Shown: in pieces, positions 1 through 9,457 of the stretch
Numbering within the stretch: the stretch's first letter is position 1
Layout: each line of letters begins with the position of its first letter
From: Clostridia bacterium
GTDB lineage: Bacteria > Bacillota > Clostridia > Oscillospirales > UBA644
Reading direction: 5' to 3'
Assembly: GCA_017441125.1 (NCBI GenBank)
Contig: JAFSAH010000061.1
Coordinates: 1-46,530 of the forward strand
Length of the DNA stretch: 46,530 nt
The notes under the pieces: model-generated
What the model saw: the letters and a program-made list of their open reading frames with translations, nothing else
What the model was told of the DNA's origin: nothing
Databases searched by the model: none
Translations under genes and position numbers: made by a program

Positions 1-934
1 AATCAAAGACGTATTTGAGATAGAACTTTCAAAAGAACTTAATCTTGACAGAGTTTCCGCACCTCTTTTCGTAAAGAGCAGCAGCGGTTTGAATGATAAT
101 CTTAACGGTGTTGAAAAACCCGTATCCTTTGAGTTTGAAGGAGAAACTGTTGAAATTGTTCATTCTCTCGCCAAGTGGAAAAGACTTGCTCTTAAAGAGT
201 ACGGTTTTGAACCTTACCGAGGTCTCTATACCGATATGAACGCTATCAGAGCTGATGAGGAGCCCGACAACTTCCATTCTCTTGAGGTTGACCAATGGGA
301 CTGGGAACTCGTTATTAACCGTGAGGACAGAACGGAGGCTTTCTTAAAGGACACTGTACGCAAAATCGCAAAAGCTATAAGTAATACAAGAACTCTTCTC
401 AGCAAAACTTATCCCAAAGCTCAGATCGAATCTTTGATAGATAAACATGTGTTCTTTATTACAACCCAGGAACTTGAAAATATGTATCCAAATCTTACAC
501 CCAAGGAAAGAGAAAACGCTATCGTAAAACAGCATTCCACAGTTTTTCTTATGCAGGTAGGCGACATTCTCAGTAGTGGAGAAAAACATGACGGAAGAGC
601 TCCCGACTATGATGATTGGACTTTGAACGGTGATCTTCTTTATTATTTTGAACCTCTCGACTGCGCTCTTGAAATAATGTCAATGGGCATAAGAGTTGAC
701 GAAAAAGCTCTCGAAGAACAGCTTGAAAAAGCCAATGCGAAAGATAGAAAGAATCTTCCTTTCCATAAAAAACTCCTTGCAGGGGAACTTCCCCTTACTA
801 TGGGCGGAGGTATAGGTCAGTCAAGACTTTGTATGCTTCTGCTCCAAAAAGCTCATATCGGTGAAGTACAGGTATCTCTGTGGCCCGATGAGATGAGAAA
901 AATTTGCGAAGAACATAATATGCATATATTGTAA
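1..934 (+). CDS. asnA: Aspartate--ammonia ligase (asparagine synthetase A), 5' end cut by the window edge (frame starts at nt 2)
   Basis: The frame is open from nt 2. The translation matches AsnA landmarks ([36 protein letters not shown]) and ends where E. coli AsnA does. Confidence 0.9.
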   Translation, partial: IKDVFEIELSKELNLDRVSAPLFVKSSSGLNDNLNGVEKPVSFEFEGETVEIVHSLAKWKRLALKEYGFEPYRGLYTDMNAIRADEEPDNFHSLEVDQWDWELVINREDRTEAFLKDTVRKIAKAISNTRTLLSKTYPKAQIESLIDKHVFFITTQELENMYPNLTPKERENAIVKQHSTVFLMQVGDILSSGEKHDGRAPDYDDWTLNGDLLYYFEPLDCALEIMSMGIRVDEKALEEQLEKANAKDRKNLPFHKKLLAGELPLTMGGGIGQSRLCMLLLQKAHIGEVQVSLWPDEMRKICEEHNMHIL

Positions 935-953
935 AATAAAGAAGGTAACTAAA

Positions 954-2345
954 TTGAGAACTGAAATCAGAGAATTATATGAAAAAGTAGGCCAAATCGA
1001 CGGTATGAAAGTTTCCGTTGCAGGTTGGCTCAGAACAGTCAGAGATTCAAAAGCATTCGGCTTTCTTGAAGTTAATGACGGTAGCTGCTTCCGTTCCGTA
1101 CAGGTCGTTGTTGAAGCAGATATTCTTGAAAACTATAAAACAATCGTTAAACTTAATGTTGGTTCTTCCGTAAGAGTTACGGGTACTATCGTTGAAACAC
1201 CCACAATGAAACAGCCCTTTGAAATCAAGGCTGAATCCGTTGAGGTAGAAGGCCCTTCAACTCCCGATTATCCTCTTCAGAAGAAACGTCATTCATTGGA
1301 ATTCCTTCGTGAGATCGCGCATCTCAGACCCCGTGCAAATACTTTTGCAGCAGTTTTCAGAGTTCGTTCCGCAGCGGCTCAGGCAATCCATAAGTTTTTT
1401 GCTGAAAGACATTTCGTTTATGTAAACACTCCTCTTATCACAGCATCTGACTGTGAGGGTGCGGGCGAAATGTTCAAAGTTACAACTCTTGACCTTGAAA
1501 ATGTTCCCAAGAAGGAAGATGGAACAGTAGATTACAAGCAGGATTTCTTTGAAAAGTCCGCTAACCTTACGGTTTCAGGTCAGCTTGAAGCTGAATGTTT
1601 TGCACTTGCATTCGGCAAGGTTTATACGTTTGGTCCCACATTCAGAGCTGAAAATTCCAACACTGCTCGTCATGCGGCAGAATTCTGGATGATCGAACCC
1701 GAAATTGCATTTGCCGATCTTAAAGACGATATGCAGCTTGCTCATGACTTGATTAAGTATATTATCAAATATGTTCTTGAAAACTGCGCTGATGATATGA
1801 AATTCTTCAATGATTTCATTGATAAGGGTCTTATTGAGAGACTTACAGCCCTTGTTAACTCAGAATTCGGTCATGTAACATATACTGAAGCTATAGAGAT
1901 TCTTGAACAGCATAAGGATAAATTTGAATATCCCGTATTCTGGGGTTGCGATCTTCAGTCCGAACACGAGAGATACCTTACAGAACAGGTTTATAAACGT
2001 CCTGTATTCGTTACTGATTATCCCAAGGAAATCAAAGCGTTCTATATGCGTTTAAACGATGACGGAAAAACCGTTGCGGCTATGGACCTTCTCGTTCCCG
2101 GAGTCGGTGAACTTATCGGCGGTAGCCAAAGAGAAGAACGTCTCGACCTTCTTTGTGAACGTCTTGCAGAACTCGGTCTTGATGAAAAAGATTATTGGTG
2201 GTATCTTGACCTCAGAAAGTACGGCGGAACAAAACATGCAGGTTTCGGTATGGGATTTGAACGTCTTATTATGTATTTGACAGGTATCAGCAATATCAGA
2301 GACGTTATTCCTTTCCCCAGAACTGTTGGTAATGCAGAGTTCTAA
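954..2345 (+). CDS. asnS: Asparagine--tRNA ligase
   Basis: 463 aa with a TTG start 9 nt after GAAGG. It has an N-terminal OB-fold ([21 protein letters not shown]) and class II motifs [21 protein letters not shown] and GFGMGFERL. Confidence 0.95.
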   Translation: MRTEIRELYEKVGQIDGMKVSVAGWLRTVRDSKAFGFLEVNDGSCFRSVQVVVEADILENYKTIVKLNVGSSVRVTGTIVETPTMKQPFEIKAESVEVEGPSTPDYPLQKKRHSLEFLREIAHLRPRANTFAAVFRVRSAAAQAIHKFFAERHFVYVNTPLITASDCEGAGEMFKVTTLDLENVPKKEDGTVDYKQDFFEKSANLTVSGQLEAECFALAFGKVYTFGPTFRAENSNTARHAAEFWMIEPEIAFADLKDDMQLAHDLIKYIIKYVLENCADDMKFFNDFIDKGLIERLTALVNSEFGHVTYTEAIEILEQHKDKFEYPVFWGCDLQSEHERYLTEQVYKRPVFVTDYPKEIKAFYMRLNDDGKTVAAMDLLVPGVGELIGGSQREERLDLLCERLAELGLDEKDYWWYLDLRKYGGTKHAGFGMGFERLIMYLTGISNIRDVIPFPRTVGNAEF

Positions 2346-2385
2346 AATCTCAATTCTATAAATAGAAAAGGATTTGAAATTATTA

Positions 2386-3666
2386 ATGATAAAATCAATG
2401 TCTCAGGCGGAGCTTTTCGAACTTAAGGAAAACCTCCTCCGACAGTACGGTTCTTATAAATCAAAGGGTTTAAAGCTTGATATGTCAAGAGGTAAACCCT
2501 GCAAAGAACAATTAGATATTTCCGAAGGACTTCTTTCTGTCCTCAAATGCAATGATGACTGTTTCAATGAGAATGGAATGGATTGCCGAAATTACGGTAT
2601 TCTGGACGGTATCCCCGAAGCTAAAAAGATTTTTGCCGATCTCATGGAAGTTTCCGTGAATGAAGTAGTCGTCGGAGGAAACAGCAGTCTTAACATGATG
2701 TACGACACCATAGCAAGAGCTATGATCTTCGGTGTTGACGGAGTTTCCGAACCGTGGGGTAAAAACGGTAAAATTACTTTCATTTGCCCCGTGCCCGGTT
2801 ACGACAGACATTTTTCCATTTGTGAAAGCTTGGGAATAAATATGGTAACTGTTCCTCTCAATGAGGACGGTCCCGATATGGATATGATTGAAAACCTTGT
2901 TGCGGAAGATGAATCCGTTAAAGGTATGTGGTCAATCCCCAAATACAGTAATCCCACAGGTATTACATACAGCGACGAAGTCGTAAAAAGACTTGCGGCT
3001 CTTAAACCTAAGGCTAAAGATTTCAGAATTTTCTGGGATAACGCTTATATTATTCATGACCTTAATGATAAGAGCGATAAGCTTCTCAATCTTCTCCAAG
3101 AGGCGAAGAAATACGGAAATGAGGATATGATATATATGTTCATGTCCACATCTAAAGTTTCATTCCCGGGCGCCGGTGTTGCTGCAATGGCGGCAAGTAC
3201 CAAAAATGTTGAGTATATGAAGAAAAAGATATTCTCTCAAACGATCGGCCCCGATAAACTCAATCAACTTCGTCATGTCCGTTACTATAAGACAGCGGAC
3301 GGCGTGCGTGAATATATGAAAAAACATGCGGCAATAATCAAGCCCCGTTTTGATGTTGTTTTGAAGTACCTTTCAAAAGAACTCGGCGGACTCGGTGTCG
3401 CAGATTGGTTTAAACCTAACGGCGGTTATTTTGTTTCCGTTAACGTTGAAAAAGGTTGCGCTAAACGTGTTGTATCTCTCCTTAAAGATGCAGGCGTTAC
3501 AATGACAAATGCGGGAGCTACCTTCCCTTACGGAAAAGATCCCGACGACAGAAATATACGTATTGCACCTACTTATCCTCCGATTGAAGAACTCAGAACG
3601 GCAATGGAACTTTTTTGCATCTGCGTAAAACTTGCAGCTGTTGAAAAGAGCTTGGAGATAAAATGA
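2386..3666 (+). CDS. PLP-dependent aminotransferase, fold type I (class I/II), probably aspartate-family
   Basis: About 426 aa with an LDMSRGKP N-terminal motif, a NPTG segment and a STSK(V) PLP-lysine-like motif. The start is uncertain (TTG 2374, ATG 2386 or ATG 2398). Confidence 0.8.
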   Translation: MIKSMSQAELFELKENLLRQYGSYKSKGLKLDMSRGKPCKEQLDISEGLLSVLKCNDDCFNENGMDCRNYGILDGIPEAKKIFADLMEVSVNEVVVGGNSSLNMMYDTIARAMIFGVDGVSEPWGKNGKITFICPVPGYDRHFSICESLGINMVTVPLNEDGPDMDMIENLVAEDESVKGMWSIPKYSNPTGITYSDEVVKRLAALKPKAKDFRIFWDNAYIIHDLNDKSDKLLNLLQEAKKYGNEDMIYMFMSTSKVSFPGAGVAAMAASTKNVEYMKKKIFSQTIGPDKLNQLRHVRYYKTADGVREYMKKHAAIIKPRFDVVLKYLSKELGGLGVADWFKPNGGYFVSVNVEKGCAKRVVSLLKDAGVTMTNAGATFPYGKDPDDRNIRIAPTYPPIEELRTAMELFCICVKLAAVEKSLEIK

Positions 3667-3724
3667 TCTGCAGAAAAGCGGAAATGTACGGAAATCTTGT
3701 TTGAATTAAGGAAAGGGTTTATAT

Positions 3725-4318
3725 ATGAACATTAAAGACGGAAAGAACACCGGAAAAGCAATATTCGGAATCAAGGATATTGTGCGGGTATTTTCGTCTT
3801 TTTCCGTTTCTCCCGCAAAAGCAATTGGCAAAAAGAACGGAGATTTGAGTTTCTGGTCCTTTGTTTTGCCTGCACTTACGTACATTTTCTTTGCAATACA
3901 GCTTGTCATTGACAGGTTCTCCTTTGTGCCCACGATGTCGGGAATCAAGGCTCTTCTTACGGTTTTTATTTCTCTTATAGTAGGCTGTGCTATGGGCTTG
4001 ATTTCGTCGTGGCTTTTATATTCCGTTCTGAACTTGAAAGCAATCAAATCTGATTTCCAATGCGTTCTTCTGTGTTCAAACCTTTCATATATTATTCCGT
4101 TTATTGTTTCTCTTATGGGACTTTTGGTCCGTCTTATATTTAATGTTCCGACAACCATAACTTTTGGTATTTCTGCACTTTTATTTACGCTGATTCCTTA
4201 CGGCAGATTGGTGAAGGAACTTTTGAAAAAAGAAATTCTTTGGTATATTTTTGTTGTTGCAGCCAATGGAATTTTAACTGTTTTTGCCGTGAATCTGATT
4301 TTATTCTCGGTTAATTGA
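3725..4318 (+). CDS. Hypothetical polytopic membrane protein (about 5 TM; Yip1-like in topology only)
   Basis: 197 aa; AAGGAAAGGG RBS 7 nt upstream of the ATG; five long hydrophobic segments; no recognisable catalytic motif. Confidence 0.6.
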   Translation: MNIKDGKNTGKAIFGIKDIVRVFSSFSVSPAKAIGKKNGDLSFWSFVLPALTYIFFAIQLVIDRFSFVPTMSGIKALLTVFISLIVGCAMGLISSWLLYSVLNLKAIKSDFQCVLLCSNLSYIIPFIVSLMGLLVRLIFNVPTTITFGISALLFTLIPYGRLVKELLKKEILWYIFVVAANGILTVFAVNLILFSVN

Positions 4319-4329
4319 GGAGGTCTGAC

Positions 4330-4773
4330 ATGGTTAAAATTAATAAGAATTCCGTTGTCGGAATGGCTTCTCTTGTGATTTTTTGTATTTTCGCCATAAT
4401 GAATGTTCAAGGCGGAGTTTTAAAGTATGTCCTTTTCGGATTTTTACATTTAATTCTTTCAGCCGCAACATTCGTTTGCCTGACCTTCGTTATGGAAAAA
4501 CCCGGCAAAAATATAAAAGATCCCTCTGCATATTGGTGTGATCTTGCGCCTTTTGCGGTAATTCTTGTTCTTGCAAGCTTAATTGCAGGCTGGGATTTTT
4601 ACATCATTTTTTATTTTATAGGAATGGTGTATTTAGTTCTCAATGAAACGTTTTTCAGATTAAATAACGGCTTGACTTTTAAGGATATAGATTTGTATAA
4701 GCCCGTATTTGTAGGCATCGGATCTGTCATTTTGTATGTGGTCCTTTCTTTTGCAGGAGGTTCACCCGTATGA
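4330..4773 (+). CDS. Hypothetical polytopic membrane protein (4-5 TM)
   Basis: ATG at 4330 lies 6 nt after GAGGAGG (4317-4323), which overlaps the upstream stop codon. The protein is hydrophobic throughout. Confidence 0.6.
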   Translation: MVKINKNSVVGMASLVIFCIFAIMNVQGGVLKYVLFGFLHLILSAATFVCLTFVMEKPGKNIKDPSAYWCDLAPFAVILVLASLIAGWDFYIIFYFIGMVYLVLNETFFRLNNGLTFKDIDLYKPVFVGIGSVILYVVLSFAGGSPV

Positions 4774-5765
4774 TGAAAAAGCTTTCTTTTAAATTTCTGT
4801 TGGTATTTATTACGGTTATATTTTCGTTTTCCATTGTATCCTTTGCAGAAGAGGATATAATTCTTGAAGATGTACTTACAGTATCTCCGGATACTTCAAG
4901 CTCCGATGAGGGAGACATTGTAAATAGTGCTTCCGAGCCGGAACCCTCAACTCCGAGCACGCCCTCACTTACGACTTCGGGAAATGACTGTCTTTGCGGT
5001 CGTGAGTACTATACCGAAGATACTAAGGAGCATTCCAAATACGACTGTATTAAATGCGGTAAAAATATGTATGCTTGTACTTGTAACTGTTGGTGCGGTG
5101 CGACAAGTATTCTTGACACTACAGGCGCCTACGGCTCAATTTCTCCCAGAGTTTGTTCCGGTTGCGGAAAGCCTTGTCCAGACTGTGATTGCAGGGATAA
5201 CAAGGAGGAAATATTAACTGCTGAAAAGCTTCGTATCAACGGTGAGATTTCTCCTCTTAATTTGCCAAGACCTGAAAACGGAGTGAATCTTTTCTTCGCC
5301 CTGTTTACAATATTGCTTTTCACTTGTGCTGCAGTCTTTTTACCAAATGCGCCTTTTATGAAAAAGAACGGCGATGATTCCGTTGAAGATATTGATTTGA
5401 ATGAGGTTTTTGCTGAATTGGAAGACTCCGAAGAAGAAGGTATTTTCGAAGAAGAAATATCTGAAGCGGAAAATTCTGCTGTAGTACAAACCAAAACAGC
5501 AGATTACGGAATTTCGATTTCCGAAAAAATCAATTTGCCTTGGATAACATCAAAGAACTCCATGATCGATATAAATGCGGCAATGGCAAAGGTCATTTTT
5601 AACGGTAAGGAAGTCGTTTGCGGAGATTCTATCAGTATAAATGAACTTTCCGAACAGCTGATGTCTAAAAAGACAGATGCTCAGTCAAGAGAGGCTCGTT
5701 TTCCTGAATTTTTCGGAGTAATGCCTGAAAATAATGAAAATGAAGCGAAGGGGGAAAATTCATGA
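4770..5765 (+). CDS. Hypothetical bitopic protein: signal peptide, Cys-rich module, TM helix, acidic C-terminal domain
   Basis: The start overlaps the upstream stop as ATGA (4770-4773). N-terminus is MMKKLSFKFLLVFITVIFSFSIVSFA. There are 13 Cys between residues 74 and 141, a TM segment VNLFFALFTILLFTCAAVFL, then an E/D-rich tail. Confidence 0.65.
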   Translation: MMKKLSFKFLLVFITVIFSFSIVSFAEEDIILEDVLTVSPDTSSSDEGDIVNSASEPEPSTPSTPSLTTSGNDCLCGREYYTEDTKEHSKYDCIKCGKNMYACTCNCWCGATSILDTTGAYGSISPRVCSGCGKPCPDCDCRDNKEEILTAEKLRINGEISPLNLPRPENGVNLFFALFTILLFTCAAVFLPNAPFMKKNGDDSVEDIDLNEVFAELEDSEEEGIFEEEISEAENSAVVQTKTADYGISISEKINLPWITSKNSMIDINAAMAKVIFNGKEVVCGDSISINELSEQLMSKKTDAQSREARFPEFFGVMPENNENEAKGENS

Positions 5766-6664
5766 CGTATATTCTTTCAGACGATGAACTTAATGTATTA
5801 GTGGGCTTTTGCGGCGCTGTTTCCGAAAACCTCCCTTCAAGCGTTGCTTCTGCGGAGGTCGATTCTGAAAAGGTACTAAGTTCTTTGGAAAAATTGGGTT
5901 TGGTTGAAAATTCTCAAAATGAATTCTCTCTTAATGAAAACGGACGCTTTATTGCTGAAACATTGGCTGACCCCGAAATGTGCGTTAAGTTTATAAAAAA
6001 ATCCGACGGCACTTTTGTTTCCGTTTTTTCAAATACTTCTGCCGAAGCTCCCGTTTGGTGTGTTTGTGTCAGAACAAATGAGCCTACGGTCAATGTTTTG
6101 AAATTGTTTTTCTCAAAGGATTCAGTTCTGAATTATTTGCGCAAGGATGTTTTTGCTCTTAAAACTGAATTTAACGAGGAAGAAGATATTGACATTACCA
6201 TGACTTATGAAGAGTGGGTTCTCTTTGCCTTATCTCAAATGAGTTATATGCGTTTCCAGACCGCAGGGGAAGAATTCTTTGACTCCGAAAATGAATATCT
6301 TTCTGATGAGGATATTTACAGCGAAAAGTTTTTCGCCTTTCTGACTTATGATACGGCTGTTTCTCCCGAATCTTTTTCTTCTGCCGAAAAACGCGCGGAG
6401 ATTTATTTCTCACTTTGCCAAAAGGGTATATTTGTGAAAAATGATGAGGAGAATACTTACAAGTATTCCGATATCGCTAAAATATGGCTTGATAATGATG
6501 TGGCATACGATTCATTGAAGGTTGTTTATTCAAACCGTTCGGGCGTCTCTTATACTTTAATGCTGACCCTTCGAGTAAACGGTGTTACATCAATGCACGA
6601 TACGGGCAAGGAAGTCAGAATAGTGTCTTCCAAATCAATACCTTTTTCTGCATATCTTTCATAA
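5762..6664 (+). CDS. Hypothetical soluble protein, 300 aa
   Basis: The start overlaps the upstream stop as ATGA (5762-5765). No TM segments and no recognised motif. It ends 12 nt before ruvA. Confidence 0.65.
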   Translation: MTYILSDDELNVLVGFCGAVSENLPSSVASAEVDSEKVLSSLEKLGLVENSQNEFSLNENGRFIAETLADPEMCVKFIKKSDGTFVSVFSNTSAEAPVWCVCVRTNEPTVNVLKLFFSKDSVLNYLRKDVFALKTEFNEEEDIDITMTYEEWVLFALSQMSYMRFQTAGEEFFDSENEYLSDEDIYSEKFFAFLTYDTAVSPESFSSAEKRAEIYFSLCQKGIFVKNDEENTYKYSDIAKIWLDNDVAYDSLKVVYSNRSGVSYTLMLTLRVNGVTSMHDTGKEVRIVSSKSIPFSAYLS

Positions 6665-6676
6665 AGGAAGTTTGTT

Positions 6677-7270
6677 ATGTTTTATTATATAAACGGAAAG
6701 CTTGCGGTTTGTCAGCCGAATCTTGCCGTAATTGATTGTGGCGGCGTTGGATTCAAATGCTTCATAACAATGAATACATATAAGGCTATTTCGGGTAAAG
6801 AAACCGTTAAACTTTTTACTTATCTTAACGTTAAAGAAGACGCTTTGGATATTTACGGCTTTGAAACGGAGCAGGAGCTTCAGTTTTTCACATTGCTTAT
6901 TTCCATAAGCGGTGTCGGTCCAAAAGTGGCTATTGCAATTTTGTCCGAGCTTCAGCCTGAGGCTTTCGCAAATTGCATTATAACCTCTGATATTAAGCGT
7001 CTTACAAAAGCGCAAGGCGTTGGCACAAAGCTTGCTCAGCGAATTTGCCTTGAGCTTAAGGATAAAATAGCCAAGACAAAGGCTTCAGAGGGCTCGGAGC
7101 TCGTTCCCGAAGATATTCCTGCCGACGATGTGGTTGCCGATGCGGTTGCCGTTCTTATGGCTTTGGGATACACTAAAAATGAGTCTCAGCACGCGGTCGC
7201 ACGTTGTTCTGCGGATGAAACAAACGCTCTCGTTAAACAGGCATTGCGTCTTTTGGCTAAAAATCTGTAA
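6677..7270 (+). CDS. ruvA: Holliday junction branch migration complex subunit RuvA
   Basis: 197 aa; begins MFYYINGKL; two helix-hairpin-helix motifs (ISGVGPKVA, AQGVGTKLAQR); C-terminal domain III. Confidence 0.93.
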   Translation: MFYYINGKLAVCQPNLAVIDCGGVGFKCFITMNTYKAISGKETVKLFTYLNVKEDALDIYGFETEQELQFFTLLISISGVGPKVAIAILSELQPEAFANCIITSDIKRLTKAQGVGTKLAQRICLELKDKIAKTKASEGSELVPEDIPADDVVADAVAVLMALGYTKNESQHAVARCSADETNALVKQALRLLAKNL

Positions 7271-7338
7271 TTTTCCTTTGCAAAATCTACTGTATAAATA
7301 GAATTAAATTTACCCCCGTCTGCTTTTATTGAAAGGGG

Positions 7339-7382
7339 TATGGGGAAAGCTTCTTTCTTTATGAAAAGAGGTTTTCCCCATA
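7339..7382. repeat. Long imperfect hairpin (10-bp perfect outer stem TATGGGGAAA/TTTCCCCATA plus inner CTTCTTT/GAAAAGAGG pairing); related copy at 11529-11577
   Basis: The inverted repeat was read directly. It shares TATGGGG, CTTCTTTC, GAAAA and TTTCCCC..CATA blocks, in the same order, with the second copy. Confidence 0.6.
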
Positions 7383-7418
7383 AAAGTAACTTGAAAAATA
7401 CTATAAAGAGGTGATATC

Positions 7419-8468
7419 ATGGATATGGAATTCGATGAGAGATTGCTCTCTTCAAGAACCATAAAAAACGAGGATGACTCCGAATCCTCACTTCGTCCTC
7501 ATAAGTTGAATGAATACGTGGGACAAGACAAGGTTAAAGAAAATCTTAAAATATATATCGAGGCTGCGAAAAAAAGAGGGGAGTCCCTTGACCATATTTT
7601 GCTTTACGGCCCTCCCGGTCTCGGTAAAACCACGCTTGCAAATATTATTGCGGCAGAAATGGGTGTTTCAATAAGAATTACAAGCGGCCCTGCGTTGGAA
7701 AAAACGGGTGATATCGTCGCTCTTCTTACAAATCTTCAGGACGGAGACGTGTTGTTTATAGACGAAATTCATCGACTTTCCAGAACCGTTGAGGAAGTTT
7801 TGTATCCTGCTATGGAAGACTTTGAATTCGATATAATTCTCGGAAAAGGTCCCTCTGCCCGTTCCATACGGTTTGACCTTCCTAAGTTTACTCTTGTGGG
7901 GGCAACTACCCGCTCAGGACAGCTTACGGCTCCTTTCAGAGACAGATTCGGAGTCCTTTGCCGTCTTGAACTTTACAGTATTGATGAGCTGTCCCAGATA
8001 GTTAAGCGCTCTGCGGGGATTTTAGGTATTTCAATTACAGACGACGGTGCCCGTGAGATTGCTTCCCGTTCAAGAGGTACGCCTCGAATAGCGAACAGAC
8101 TCCTTCGCCGTGTGCGTGACTTCGCAGAGGTTATGGGTAACGGTGTCGTTGATATGGAAATTTCAAACACAGCACTTTCAAGACTTGAAATTGATCATTT
8201 AGGGCTTGACGGACTTGACAGACGTATGCTTGAAGCTATTATAAAAAGTTTTAACGGCGGCCCTGTAGGCCTTGATACTTTGGCTGCACTTGTGGGGGAG
8301 GAAAGTATTACCATAGAAGATGTTTATGAACCTTATCTTATGCAGTTGGGCTTTTTGAATAGAACTCCGAGAGGAAGATGCGTTACGGCGGCTGCTTATG
8401 AGCATTTGGGAATAAAGTATCCCGGTTCGCAAAACGGAGCTCAAACTTTACTTACAGAACAGGAGTAA
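7419..8468 (+). CDS. ruvB: Holliday junction DNA helicase RuvB
   Basis: 349 aa; AAGAGGTGAT RBS; Walker [10 protein letters not shown]; Walker [10 protein letters not shown]; [15 protein letters not shown]. Confidence 0.97.
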   Translation: MDMEFDERLLSSRTIKNEDDSESSLRPHKLNEYVGQDKVKENLKIYIEAAKKRGESLDHILLYGPPGLGKTTLANIIAAEMGVSIRITSGPALEKTGDIVALLTNLQDGDVLFIDEIHRLSRTVEEVLYPAMEDFEFDIILGKGPSARSIRFDLPKFTLVGATTRSGQLTAPFRDRFGVLCRLELYSIDELSQIVKRSAGILGISITDDGAREIASRSRGTPRIANRLLRRVRDFAEVMGNGVVDMEISNTALSRLEIDHLGLDGLDRRMLEAIIKSFNGGPVGLDTLAALVGEESITIEDVYEPYLMQLGFLNRTPRGRCVTAAAYEHLGIKYPGSQNGAQTLLTEQE

Positions 8469-8471
8469 ATA

Positions 8472-9419
8472 ATGAATCCTATTTTATGGTTTGCGGTAGT
8501 TTTTGTGATTCTTCTGATACTGTTCGGTTCAGTTGTTTTGTACTTTTGCAAATTTGCAATATTCCGTACGAAGGAATCTCAAAAACGAAAAAAAGAAAAA
8601 CCGCATAAGGAAACTGAATTTGAGCGTATGTATATGCCTCGCATAAAAAGCGGAATACAATGGTTTAAAGACAAATCGCCGGAACGAAAATGGATAACAT
8701 CTCATGACGGTTTGAGGCTTGCGGCGGATTATCTACCTGCTGAAGATGCAAAGGGCACGCTTATAGTCGTTCATGGTTACAGGTCAAGCAATTTTCTTGA
8801 TTTTTCATGTGTTTTTGAATTGTATCACAGTTGGAATTATAACATACTTGCAGTTCATGACAGAGCGCACGGCGAAAGCGACGGTAAATATATCGGTTTT
8901 GGGATATTGGACAGATACGACGTTCTTGATTGGGTAAATTATGCGGTTGAGAATATTGGAGGCGATATTTTCCTCGACGGTATGTCTATGGGTGCGTCCA
9001 CTGTTCTTATGACTTCAGGTTTTGAGCTTCCGAAAAATGTTAAGGGAATAATTGCAGATTGCGGTTTTACTTCTCCCTGGGAAGAATGTAAACATGTTCT
9101 GAAGAGAAATTTTAAGCTTCCTGCATTCCCACTGCTACATATTTGTTCTTTTGCAGTAAAGTGTATAGCAGGGTATTCTCTTGATGAATACAGTACCCTC
9201 GATGCTCTTAAAACAAACAAGATACCCGTTCTCTTTATTCATGGCGCAAAAGATTCTTTTGTTCCGACTTATATGGGAAAGCAAAACTATGAGGCGTGTA
9301 TCGCAGAAAAAGAAATTCTGATAGTTGATGATGCTGAACATGCTGAAAGTTTTCTGAAAGAAACAGAGCGTTGTAAGCAAATTCTTAAAAACTTTTTAGA
9401 TAAATATACTGAAAAATAA
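8472..9419 (+). CDS. Alpha/beta hydrolase with N-terminal membrane anchor
   Basis: 315 aa; AGGAG RBS; N-terminal TM helix; nucleophile elbow GMSMGAS; late HGAKD and AEH segments typical of the fold. Confidence 0.8.
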   Translation: MNPILWFAVVFVILLILFGSVVLYFCKFAIFRTKESQKRKKEKPHKETEFERMYMPRIKSGIQWFKDKSPERKWITSHDGLRLAADYLPAEDAKGTLIVVHGYRSSNFLDFSCVFELYHSWNYNILAVHDRAHGESDGKYIGFGILDRYDVLDWVNYAVENIGGDIFLDGMSMGASTVLMTSGFELPKNVKGIIADCGFTSPWEECKHVLKRNFKLPAFPLLHICSFAVKCIAGYSLDEYSTLDALKTNKIPVLFIHGAKDSFVPTYMGKQNYEACIAEKEILIVDDAEHAESFLKETERCKQILKNFLDKYTEK

Positions 9420-9420
9420 A

Positions 9421-9454
9421 ATTACGGGAAGACTTTTAAAGGTCCTCCCGTAAT
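9421..9454. terminator. Bidirectional stem-loop between the convergent hydrolase and cls genes
   Basis: ATTACGGGAAGAC / GGTCCTCCCGTAAT gives 12 of 13 paired positions with a 7-nt loop. It is flanked by an A-rich 5' side and a T-rich 3' side. Confidence 0.65.
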
Positions 9455-9457
9455 ATT

